From the human T2T-CHM13v2.0 reference genome, Homo sapiens, in assembly GCF_009914755.1 (NCBI RefSeq), contig NC_060930.1: a DNA stretch of 64,000 bases; one strand, given 5' to 3'. The notes below the pieces were generated by a model. The model saw only the letters and a list, made by a program, of their open reading frames with translations, was not told the DNA's origin and searched no databases. Shown piece by piece: positions 41,464-53,674 of the stretch. The position numbers and the translations under genes were made by a program. Each line of letters starts with the position of its first letter. Within the stretch, counting starts at the first letter, position 1.

Positions 41464-43319
41464 ATATTTGTTTCACAAAAATGAGATCATATTTTAGTCA
41501 GTTTTGTGAACTTTAATGTTCTCATTTAACAATATATTGTGGAAATCCTTCCAGGTCCTCTTATTTAGGTCTGACTCATTCTTTTTAGTGGCATCATGCT
41601 ATAAATATACCACAATTTATGCAGTCATTCCTTTATTGCTTGACTTCCCAGCTGCTTTATTTTATTTTATTGTAATGTAAACACACTTAATAGCACCTTT
41701 ATGTTCTGGTACTTTTATTTCTATAAGACAAATATCTAGAAGTGTCTAAATCTGCCAAAAAGAAGAAAACATAAGGCTATGTTTATCAGTCTATAAATCT
41801 CATTTAGAATGGGATTTATAGTTTGGAGCAAAATGTAAAGAAACTGAATACTTTGGAACAACTAGAAGTCTCACTAATCTCTGATAATTTTCAACCTCTA
41901 CCTAATCTGTCCCCTATTTATCCCCAGACATGAGCAGCAATACCTAATCCTAAATTTTTTTTAACCCAGAATAAGAGTCTTCCTTGGATATTAGCGATAC
42001 AGGCTTTAGAAATGCTTAATGTTACAAGACTTTGCAGAAAAATTTCCACCAGACCAGATCTTCTTTCTGTCATGTCCACAACGATGATATTCACTCTGAA
42101 AACATGGCCTATTTTGGAGATCCTTTTTTTTTTTTTTTTTTGAACTTAAGAGGTAGACTACCCTAGCCCTCTTCTCATCAGTGGTAATGTGGAAGAGAAA
42201 GCAGTCTTCCGAAATAATGCTGCAATCAAAAAACTACAGGAATCATATTCTGGATAGTTCTCCTTCAATCACCTCTTTCTCCACCTGTTTTATCTAAAAT
42301 GATTCCAATCTTCCTTCTCATCATGTTGCTATCTGCTAAGTGTTCATAGAATAATTTTCACAGAGCAATCCCCTTAGTAAGCATAATTATCACAAGCCTA
42401 GAAGTAAAACTACTTTCCATTCAAAGTTTCAGGGAAACAAACCTCAGCTAAAATAAACAAATAAAAAATAAAAAACAAAACCCCACAAAACACACAAAAA
42501 ACTGCTCACACATTTAGATGTTTCAACTAGATTGTTTTATGCAATTGTTTCTGTAAACTCCTTGTCCACTAACTAAACTTGTCCCTGGAGCTTATATCAA
42601 AAGTCTGCCAGATTTGATCAAGAGATAATAAGGGAAAAGCTAAAGCCAAAGGAACTTTCGCTTTAGGCTTCAAAACACAGTTGGCAGAAAAACACTGTGG
42701 TGGAAAAGCCTCACTTGCGGGGCAATCAAAGCTTGTCAATCATATGCAGGAGTGACATTCAAAATATTTAATAACTAGACGTGCAAGAGTCAGAAAGAAT
42801 ATTCAATCTGTTGGAATAGATGCCAGCCATAAACAATTCATACAGCTGGACCAGTGCTGAGGCCCTGAATATGACCTCCACTTACATACCCCTAAATTTC
42901 CTAAGGAATTTTCACTAGCCATTCACAGCAAGCTCTGATCACATCTCCTTGCTCGAAATATAAATGTATTATATCAAATATGAGACAGCCTGGAAGCTAT
43001 ATCTCCTCTTAATCACAGTCTTCTCTTCCATTCCACTCCATACTTCCAGTCTAGCATCTGCAAAAAACAAACAAAAAACTCAAACCAAAAAATACCCCCA
43101 AAACAACAACAACAACACACACACACGCATAGCAGCAGCGCTGCACCATTCTGTGTCCATGAACCATTTAGAAGTACTTTTTAACCTTGTTCTTAATCTG
43201 CACTTTGTAGATGAGCTTGCAGTTCTGGTTTTAACATACTGCACATTTAGAGCAAACCTGGAAAAAAATAGATGCTATTCTTGTAATAAGAATATCACAT
43301 ATTGTTGATGTTTAGGGAG

Positions 43320-43759
43320 TGTATTGTTTCCTAGGGATGGTGTAACAAATTATCACAAAGTTAGCGGCTTAAAACAACAGATATTTATTCTCTCACTCAG
43401 TTCTGGAGACCAGAAGTTCAAGTTCAAGGTGGGCCAAGATCCCTCCAGAGGCTCTTGGGGAGAGTCTGTTCCTCCCCTTGCTCCAGCTTCTGGTGACTGT
43501 TGGCATTCCTGTGGCAGCAGTGTCACTCCCATCTCCGAGTCCATCTTCACATTGTCTTCTCCTCCTCTGTCTGTCTCTCCTCTGTGTGCCTTTTATAAAA
43601 AGCACTTCTCACTGGATTTAGAACCCACGCAGAGAATCTAGGATAATCTCCTCATCTCAAGATCCTTAACTTAATTAAACCTGCAAAGACACTTTTGCCA
43701 AATAAGGTCACACTCACATGTTCCAGGTGGGAGAGGCGGACACCATTCAACCCACTGCA
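43320..43759 (-). mobile_element. MLT1C/B-like MaLR solo LTR
   Basis: tgtattgtttcctagggatggtgtaacaaattatcacaaa...ggcttaaaacaacag; tctcaagatccttaacttaatt...caccattcaacccactgca. Confidence 0.8.
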
Positions 43760-44324
43760 GGGTGGATAGGAACAGGAAAGGACACATAGAAGCAGGGTAG
43801 AAATTGAATGAATAGCTTGAGTTCAAATCAAAGAAAAAATACTGGGTGAGGAAAAGAAGATTTTTATAAAAATCTTTTCTTACATTAAATATGTATAGTA
43901 ATTTCTATTTGAGTACACTTCCATTGCTTTGCCCTGTGTTGACCTTAATATTTTGTATTTCTACTGTATCTTTCTCCGTAAGAGTTAAAGCACTTTTGTG
44001 AGCATTTTTAAATTTCTACCCTTAATTTTGATTGTAGGTTTCTTTAAAGTCTCATAACAGCTGGGCATTCAAAATGGGGAGGAGCATAGGCAAGCAGAAA
44101 GCAGAACAAAGCCTCAGTTCACAGGAGATCACACACTGCTTCTCACATTCAGCCTTGGGGGATTTCAAGGTCTGCAGTTGCCCTCACATCACCCTAATGG
44201 TGGGATCTTCTGGAAAACTCCATTTGCTGGCTGTAACAGGTCCTGCCAGGCCAATGGCTGCCCATCCTTGACCTCCCCACCCCATGAACTCCTAGTCTGC
44301 GAGCTTGCAGTCTCCCTACACTGC

Positions 44325-44351
44325 CACCACCACCACCACCACCACCACCAC
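44325..44351. repeat. (CAC)9 trinucleotide microsatellite
   Basis: Seen directly. Confidence 0.9.
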
Positions 44352-44594
44352 CCTCTGCCCCCTACTGCTTCAGATCAACTTTCTCAGGGGACTCCTCCTG
44401 CATATACGCCATCTCTTCCACAATAATCACTGCAGAACTCCCTTTACACATGACCCTCCCCACCCCACACCCCTGATGTTAAATGCATAGATCTCTGTGG
44501 CTACTCTTGGTTACAAACTTCCACACATTTTCAGCTGGCTGTCTTCTGTTATTCTTATATGTCCTTGTATTGAGTGCACCCTCTTTCCTATTAA

Positions 44595-45140
<546 letters not shown>

Positions 45141-45612
45141 AGGGCACCCAACAAGTTTCAGAAGGGGATCTGCAAGTTAAGTGTATCCTAAATAAGGGAT
45201 GGGAAGGAGACTGTCATACAGCTAAGTGACACTGAGCGTGATCACAGGAGCTCGTCCTCATTTAGATCAACTTGGTTAAAAAAAAAAAAGCTACAAGGAA
45301 ACGATAATAATGGACACCAGTAGTAATTCTTCACTGAGGCAGCATTCAGGGTACAGAGCAGGGTCAAGAGGAAATGCGGGACAGTGCGCACATCAGCCCT
45401 GCTGCCTGCTGAGGCAAGGAGGTAGTGCTGGAAGCTGCCAGATTCGGCCACCTTCCAAACTGCTGCCCATACTAAGCTATATTCCATCCTGGGCCCTTCT
45501 TCACACACATTCTGTTGTAACAATAAGAGATGGCACTTCTTAGCTTCTGAAACTTAAACTAATGATTCTCGAATTTAGTCTGAGACACTAAAATGCACAC
45601 ATCTGCTAAGAA

Positions 45613-45820
45613 CAGCATGGTTTCATACAACTTTCAATGGTGATGGAAATATTCTATAATCTGCCTTACCCAATGCAGTGGCCACTAGCCACATGCGGCC
45701 ACTGAGCATGTGAATTGTGGTTAGTGCAACTGAGGAAATGAATTTGAATTTTATTGAATTTTAATTCATTTAAATGTAAACAGCCACATGTTGCTAGTGG
45801 ATACTATATTGCATAGCACC
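45613..45820. mobile_element. MER3 hAT-Charlie element
   Basis: gatggaaatattctata...gccactagccacatgcggccactgagca...agccacatgttgctagtgg. Confidence 0.8.
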
Positions 45821-47382
45821 ATTAGAGGCTGCAAACTCAGGGAGGACAGTTCAGAAAGATGGATCCTCAAACAAGAGAAATGACTCTCCCAGGTAAACTT
45901 CATACCTTTTATACACTTAACTTGAACAAAGGGCCCCTACAGCCCAGGGCACATCCTTTAATATTTGAGGCTAAGCTGGTGGCTGTGTCAGTGTTTGGTA
46001 TGATACAATCACAATGCCCGTTGGCCAATTAAGATAGAAACATACAGAGCCCTTTAGTATTCTGCAAGGGAAATAAAAGATTGCTTCAGTCTTAGTTGCT
46101 TTAATGAGGTCAGATGGGGTTTCTGCAGGTCCACTGTTCTAACCTGTGGGGCAGAGAGTAAGGCGGAAAAGACATGCAATTTAAAATACACATTTACGGA
46201 AACATGTAATTTGCTGGTAAATACACAACCTCCTCTTTTCAGAAGGGAGTTAAGGGGTGATAGTTTGGAGGAGGGACCCAAGGAATTACAAAAGAGAATA
46301 ACAAATGTTTGCTCAGAACACAATGCAGTAAATTCCCTGGTGCACTCAACCAGTATAACAAACAGGTCCTTTGTAATCTCTAAGATAAGGCTTATAATTA
46401 GCCAGGGACCGGGTGACATGAATCTGACATGAGTAGACATAGTGGATTCACCTGTGGTTGGCCTGGCTGGTAGTCCAGCAAAAGGGGGGTGGTTGCTGAA
46501 GCCCTCAATGGGTACCAAGAGGGATCGAGATCTAATTACAGAGACCTGCATTCTACATCCATCCCCCTCTAGGGGAGGCGATGGCAGCTGGACACCTGAC
46601 TTTCCTAACTCCAGAATGAAGATGAAGCTCTTATTGTGCTGATTTGTGCAGACTACTTGCAGATGAGAAGTAGTAGAAATGATAGAGTGGTAGAATTGGA
46701 GTGATCAGAAGCCTGTTGTAATACAGTAATTTAATATCCTCAGTGGATCGTTGACCTTGTTACCTGTGAGGCAACTGTATGTGTAGAATTCGCCCAGTTG
46801 GAGGAGAGACTAGCAAAGACCTGCCTTTTGTGGAAGAGGCAGTGACAGGGAATTGTGAAATTAGCTTTGAGGAAGTTCCTAGAAACAACTGGTAGTGACA
46901 GTGCATTCTTTAACTGACACTATTCCAGTAGGTTGGAAAAGAGGACAAGGGTGTGACTCAGAGTGAATGCAGTAGGGTGGAAAGAACACAGGCTTGGGAG
47001 CAGGTACACCTGGCTGTAAACACCTGTTTCTCCATTTATGCTTTGCATTGAAGTCACCTGGGGAGCTTGTTAAAGGTACAGACTCCTGGACCCTGCACTG
47101 ACCTACTAAACCAGAATATCTGGATTTGGGGCTCTGTAATCTCTATTTTTAAAATAAGCACACAAGGTGATTGTGATATAGGGCTTCTCTAAGCCTTAGT
47201 TCTCTAAAAGGTGATATCGGACTGGCGATATCTGAGTCTTGGGATTGTTGTGTGAATTGGTGGTTTATTAGAAATAGCATGATTTTAATAAGGCAAATCC
47301 ATGGCTGAAGAATAATAATTACAAGTTATTGAGCTTTGATTTGTTCTGCATGGTTTGTTAAAGGCACTGTTCTCCCTGCAAT

Positions 47383-47502
47383 GCCAGCTACTCAGGAAAC
47401 TGAGGCAGGAGGATCGCTTGGGCCCGGGAGTTCGAGGCTGCAGTGAATTGTGATTGTGCCACAACACTCTAGCGATAGAGTGACAGCCCATCTCTAAAAA
47501 CA
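47383..47502 (+). mobile_element. 5'-truncated AluJ/FRAM right arm
   Basis: ccagctactcaggaaactgaggcaggaggatcgcttgggcccgggagttcgaggctgcagtga. Confidence 0.85.
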
Positions 47503-48156
47503 ATTTTTTGTTTTGTTTTGTTTTGTTTTTTAAAGAAAAGACCCTGTTCTCCCTTTGGAAATCCTGGTAGATGTCACTCGCTTTGCTAAGCCTTAGTCAC
47601 TGTGCTAAAACAGCTGGAGAGTTATTTGGCCAAATTAGCTGACAATCCCAAAGTCGCAAATTGTTTCTGAGTTTTGATAAAATCAGCGTTTTCTTTTCCT
47701 TTTTAATGACCCTGGCGTTAAACAATCTCCTTCGGGTCGGAGAATTTCTATGGGAGGTGAAAACATCAATTATGTTGTAACAGGTTGTCTGCTCCAGTGA
47801 AAGTCAAGGGCTACGGGTTGGACCCGCCGGAGAGGGTAATTTGCTGTGGCCCTGGAGGGGAGCTTGCACCCGAGGTTTCCCAGTGCAGCGCTTTCCGTGT
47901 GAAACATTTTGCTTTCATTCGGCAGCTTTAGGCGTGAAGAAAAGGGGGAGGGGGTTGGCGTTCCGCCCTGGAGCTCTTGAGAGTGAAGGTAGCTTCAAAC
48001 CCAGCAGGCTCTCAGTAGCTGGTGCTGAGATTTCCGGAGGGGTGGGGCTGCCAGAGGAGGATGTGCACGTGAGACCCCGAGAGAGGTGGGAGTGGAGCTT
48101 CTCAGGTAGGACCCAGGAGCGCCCTGCCTACCCCCTCCTCCGGCTTCGGGATCCGG

Positions 48157-48266
48157 ATTGGCTGGGGCAGCGAGGTCGGCGAGGTCAAGACCCTTTCGGC
48201 GCCCTCCCCGACCCGCCCCGCCGCGGCGGTGCTTATATAGAGCGGCCGGCGCGGGCGGGGCGGGGG
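48157..48266 (+). promoter_or_regulatory. Core/proximal promoter: inverted CCAAT (48157-48161), GC box (48212-48219), TATA-like TATATAGA (48234-48241), GC boxes 48253-48266
   Basis: Classical order and spacing upstream of ATG 48347; the TATA-like element is the only AT run in a GC-rich stretch and predicts a TSS near 48263-48270. Confidence 0.7.
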
Positions 48267-48346
48267 CATGCTGGCGAGGCCGAGGGGCGCGAGTGGCAGC
48301 GCGCGGGGGCCGGAGCAGCGCCCGGCCCCGGGCGCCCGGGGGCCGG

Positions 48347-48599
48347 ATGGCGGAGCCCACGCGCTCAGCGAAGCCGGGGAGGTTTGCGCTCCGTTCGCCG
48401 CGCTGCAGGGAGGGCGCGGTGCCAGGCGCGAGCGCCGAGAAACCCAAAAAGAAAGCTTTTTATTTGCTGAGGATGAAGCCCCTGAAGGAGCCCGCCCCCA
48501 ACAACAACAACAACGTGTCCTTTGTGATCCACTGTCAACTAGGCAAGGAGATCAAACACATTTGCAGCAACTGCAGTCGGGGGGAGGACGCCCGGGACG
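48347..48599 (+). CDS. PHACTR1: First coding exon (84 codons + 1 nt, phase 1): MAEPTRSAKPGRFALRSPRCREGAVPGASAEKPKKKAFYLLRMKPLKEPAPNNNNNVSFVIHCQLGKEIKHICSNCSRGEDARD; tentatively an alternative N-terminal exon of phosphatase and actin regulator 1
   Basis: Seen: ATG in a CpG island, open frame, protein-like lower-GC codon block, strong donor ACG|GTGAGT (GT 48600-48601). The gene name is from recollection of PHACTR-family alternative N-termini and their phase-1 junction into the common exon. No downstream exon is in the window. The exon itself is ~0.85 likely; the name is less certain. Confidence 0.6.
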
Positions 48600-51330
48600 G
48601 TGAGTGCCGGGGCCCGTCGGGGCGGCGGCGGCGAGCGCGGGAGGCGGGGAGGTGGCTCGGGCTGTCTCAGTTTGGGGGCACCGCCGGCGTCTGTCGCCTG
48701 GAAAACTGCGGGGACATCCGCACTCCACCCAGACATGACAGCCGCCCGCCGGGCACTTTGCAGAGTGCCACCCACAGCCCAACCCGGGCTCGCAACCCTG
48801 CACATCCCATTGACGTATATGGTCCCCAAAATGAGGGTTTTGAAACAGTTAAAAGAGCAAGTCTGGGATTTTCATTTGGGAAGCCGAGGCTTAGGGGATT
48901 TGTCGGTAGCAAAAGCGCTGACTCCTGCTTTTTCCTTCCATGGGCTTCTTAACTGTTGCCCCGTCCTCCTATTATGATGGGATACAGGGTTTGCTGGACT
49001 GCGTTACGGACATGGGCTTCCTTCGGGTGGCATCAGTTTGGAGAGGCGGTTTGGCTGCGGCGCCCAGAGCCCTAGAGACTTGTGGAGTTGTTGAATGACG
49101 CCTGTTTAGAGTAAAACATGGCTGTGATTTTTGGAGTGCCGCTGCTGGTCCCTGCTGGAATGATGCCCAAAGACCAAAATGTGGAGAGGTGGGGGAGGGG
49201 GCGCGCAGCCGCATCTTCCAGGTGAGCCTGGGCGTGTGCGAGCCAGAGCTCCCGCAGTCTAATCTGAAGTAGAGCAGTGAAGGCGTGCCGGGCTGCCAGC
49301 GACTCTGGGCAGGAGGAGCCCAGAGCGAGGGACCGCCGGCGCGGACCAGGCAGAAGCCTCTGCAGCTGTGGACGCCCCTGTGTGGCTGTGCATTTGCGCG
49401 ACCCTCCAGGCGGTTCCCGAGCAGCTCACCGAACAGGCTCTGCAGGGCCGCTGGAGGTCATGGAAAAGTTTTAGGCAGCAGATTTTACATTGAAAGCCTT
49501 AGCTACCGGCCGACCTGAAGCTCGTCTCCATGCCTGACACGCACACCTGCTTGGGCAGGCAGATTTTCCTATCAGCTAGGCAGGTTTTGCTGTTCCTTTT
49601 GGAAGAACAAACATTACTTAGGATCCCTCCCGTTCTTAGTCGGCCTCTGAAGTGCAGAGTAATGAAATGACTCTGGCTTGGCTAATGTCTTTTCAAAATT
49701 AGAGTCCTGCTAGCGTCATTATCGTTTTGTTTGATTAAACTGCAAGAGAGGTTGTGCAGGACACCACCAGGCATCCAAGAGGAAAACTGGGACGGCACTG
49801 GAGGAAGGCGCACACACAAAACACATGAACGCCCCTGCTATTAGGTGTAGGGGGGATATACGTTTCTGAGAAGCACACACTGACTGACATGTGTTGGTTA
49901 CTACATCAGCTGATAACATCGAGACCTATGGAATACAAATGGATTAATCAGATGACCCAAAGCCAGACCTTTCCCATGTAACGCAACAGAGCTTGAGATG
50001 CAGGCTAAAATGGTTATTAAATGTCAGTTGCTCTCTTGACTGAATTGCTGCCCAGATGGGCTGCTTCCACAACACTGGGAGTTTATTTAAATTAGTGTCT
50101 GTAAATGCTGCTGCAGTGAGGAAAGGTATATGTCCATATTCAAGGATGTGTGTTTACAAATGTCATTATGAGTGCTGTCACTGGTAAATGCGGTATACCC
50201 CGTCAATGGAGACAGGTATGTATTTTAACCTACAGCACACAGTTCTTCTTGAAACGTGCGTCATCTCCACAGCCTCACACACTTCCAAAAAGCTATGTAT
50301 GGATGCTCACATATCACCTGATAGGATTATTTACCCTCAAAGGATTCTTAAATAGGGGAGACCGAATGTTATAGTGCCTAATTTTTGCCTAATTTCATGC
50401 TGCTAATCCTGCCAATCTATTGTGTGGTGCACTCATTTAATCACCAAAATGGAGTGAGGTCAGGAGTTTAACCCTTCTTCTTTTACTGCCAGAAACCAAA
50501 GCAGCACTGCCCACTGTGGAAGTTCCAATAAAATTTCACTTTGGGCAAGATTGCCCTCCCATGATAGTCTGTAGGGAGTGGATGTTCTTTTAGATAAATT
50601 CTCTGGAAGCGATTTGCAATTTGAGTCATATTTTCTACATGCCAGGAGCACCAGCTATTTTAAAACATTTGTATGCTCAAGATCATAATGAGCCAAACAG
50701 ATTTCCCCGATGTCCTGTTTGTTCAGGCTCTATAGAGGAAGGTGCTTCTTAAGGTGAGGCACACCTGTATTATGTCCAGTACCAGAAGTGTGCCTGGTTC
50801 CTCATTCATCACCGAAGAGGCCACTTGGTGGCACCCACAGAAAATTCTGATACAACTTGAAAGCCCTTCTAGAAATTTTACACAGATGAAATTTTACAAA
50901 GGTATTGTTCACTGAGTTTCTTTCACACTTAATTTCTTTGCATATGAAATAGTTATTTAAAGCATATTTTAATAACTTGCAGTTTAAAGACAATCTATAA
51001 AGAATAAACTTTAAAGGATAAAATATGTCTGGTTATTGAGAGGTACATAAAAGGTGAAATTACATTTTAGCAATTATCTTTTTACTCAAGAGTTTTTTTT
51101 TTTTTTCCTGGTATCTACTAACTAGTATTAAAGATGTTTTGCTAAACTTATTTTAAGTAATTCTGTATTGTTAAGAAACCATAGAACACAATTCACCATT
51201 AATGGCCAAAGACAGTTTTTGTTTCCTTCCGTCTTTGCTGTTTTGGTTCAATACTAAAGCTATTTTCAGGTGAGGAAACAAGCTTACATAGGAAAGCCAC
51301 AGAGTAAATACAGGGGAAAACAAAGACTCA

Positions 51331-51705
<375 letters not shown>

Positions 51706-52649
51706 CTACCATCAAGTTGATTTTTTTAATGGCCATTTATCTCTGCCACCTACACTGAATGTGGAACATTAGGTATTGTGGTGTCTGTTTATATCTGTGT
51801 GTGTGTGTGTGATGTATACATGTGCAGTCTCAATAAGCTCGGTTTATTATGGTAAAGAATGAGAAGGAATTGCAGAATTTTCTGCTGCATTTAATTGTTT
51901 TTTCCCTCCTTACCTACTTGATAGAGAGGCTGACTTTAGTGGGGATAGAGGGAGAGTAATTTACAACCAGGTAGATTAGAAGTTATGGACGTCATAAAGC
52001 CATAAGAAACACAGCTAAGTCATCGCTGAACTTATATTAAAAGTTAATAGGAGCATATGATTTAATTTACAAATAGTTAAAAATCAAATTTAGAGAAAAT
52101 CTAGAAAGTGAAGTATTTTCTGTATTTAATTTCATACACATTTCTGTGTGCATTTGAACTCCTTTTGAGTCCATTAATAGTGAAGAATAATTTTAGGAAT
52201 TATAATATATTTAATAATTATGTATTAAGATGTAATTTCAATAGAAATAAAATATTTTAACAGTTTTTAAAAATATCTTGAAGCCTCTCAGTCTTATTTT
52301 GTAATGACACTTAAAAAGTAATAAAATGATGGATTTAGAAACAAGACGTATTGATTGCAACTGCTTGTCAGTGCCTTTTACATGTAATTTATCAGTAGAT
52401 CACAGTTGTCTTCATTTTACTATATATGATTCCTATTTTTTAAACATTTATATAGAAATTTACTAATCCATGGACTTGCTAGATGTTTTCCCAAGTTTTG
52501 TTTTAGGGATTAGAAACATTTAGCATATTTTCTAATGGATTCCAATGTGAACTTTAGGAATAACAATTTGTCATACTAATTCTCTGCTGTACTGACTGTA
52601 GAGTTCATCCATTGAGACAGCCTTTTAGGAGAGAATGCCCTGTGAGTTC

Positions 52650-52965
52650 CTGTGGATCACATCCCTCATTTTGCAGGTGAGAAAATGAAGATGCATAAGG
52701 ATTAAGTGAGCAGTCTACCGAGGTCGAACCACCATTTGGTGTCAGGGCTGCTAACAGAACCTGTCCTTGAAGAGGGAAGCAGTTTTCAATTGGGGTTCAC
52801 AGCTGAATTCTGGAAACGTACTGCCTGTTTTCAGTGTCTCCTCTGCTTGCTGGCTGGGTGATTTGGGAATATTACTATATTAGTTGTGGGGATTCAATGA
52901 GATATTTGGTACAAAGCATTTAGCATGGCGCCTTGCAAGAGAAAGTGCTTGAGAAATATTAGCTG
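52650..52965. mobile_element. Two MIR fragments (- then +)
   Basis: ccctcattttgcaggtgagaaaatgaag; gttgtggggattcaatgagatat...aaagcatttagcatggcgcc. Confidence 0.6.
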
Positions 52966-53326
52966 CGATTGCTAGCGTTTGTATTGTTACCCCCCAAGTC
53001 CAGTTTTGCCTTGGGCCTTTCCCCCTGCTATACTGTGCTGCTCTGCCTCTTCTGTAATTAAACTTCCTTGGATTGAGTCCAAGATGAGAGCACCCACTTC
53101 TTCTCTATATTTAAACATATATTTCTAACAAGACAAATAAGGTAAGGGTCAGACTGAGGACAGAGTGGTAGGTTCCACCTTGGGCAAGAGAAGGAAGGTC
53201 AGGAAAAGCCTCTTTCAGTTTCAGAAGCAGTTCAGATTGCATCCACTTCCAAAGGAATTCAGATTGCAAGTACCAAAGATGGCACAGGGTTTTTAAGCAG
53301 AGGCGATGTGACCAACTCATCTATCT

Positions 53327-53674
53327 GTTTGTTTATTTATTTATTTACTTATTTATTTGAGATAGGGTCTCACTCTGTTGCCCAGGCTGGAGTGCAGAGG
53401 CAAAATCATGGTTCAGGCTATCCTCCCACCTGGTATCTGGGACTATAGGCATGTACCGTCACATCTAGCTAATTTGTGTATATATATACATATATTTTAA
53501 ACTTTTACAGTTGAAATATATATATATATATATATATTTTTTCTTTTTCTTTTTGTAGAGACAGGATTTCCCCCACATTGCTCAGGCTGATCTTGAACTC
53601 CTGGGCTCAAGCAGTCCACCCACCTCAGCCTCCCAAAGTGCTGGGATTACAAGCGTGAGCCGCAGTGCCTGGCC
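53327..53674 (-). mobile_element. AluJ with (TA)n expansion in the middle linker
   Basis: gagatagggtctcactctgttgcccaggc; ctcctgggctcaagcagtccacccacctcagcc. Confidence 0.9.

Larger units (their letters stand above)
47700..49520. promoter_or_regulatory. CpG island / promoter region
   Basis: Abrupt rise in GC and CpG content (densest 48130-48800) against a CpG-depleted, repeat-rich background. Confidence 0.9.

Noticed and set aside
44178-44490. Poly-His / poly-Thr ORFs
   Set aside because: Produced by a (CAC)9 microsatellite; no splice or codon support
46054-46551. 165-aa minus-strand ORF
   Set aside because: No recognisable domain, no splice context, length compatible with chance
48231-48240. 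CArG (SRF) box overlapping the TATA element
   Set aside because: GCTTATATAG has two mismatches to CC(A/T)6GG; better read as TATA-like
48512-48523. RVxF PP1-docking motif (NVSF)
   Set aside because: Lacks the required upstream Lys/Arg
48347-48599. Assignment to the PHACTR2 upstream exon
   Set aside because: As I recall, FUCA2 lies within a few tens of kb upstream of that exon, and no such gene or second CpG island is seen in the 48 kb upstream
48158-48952. 264-aa ORF and other long overlapping ORFs (47841-48470, 47995-48447, 48600-48977) as single-exon genes
   Set aside because: GC-rich island DNA lacks stops and the 264-aa ORF starts at a non-ATG codon; the strong donor at 48600 explains the protein-like part, and the rest is low-complexity R/G/A/P
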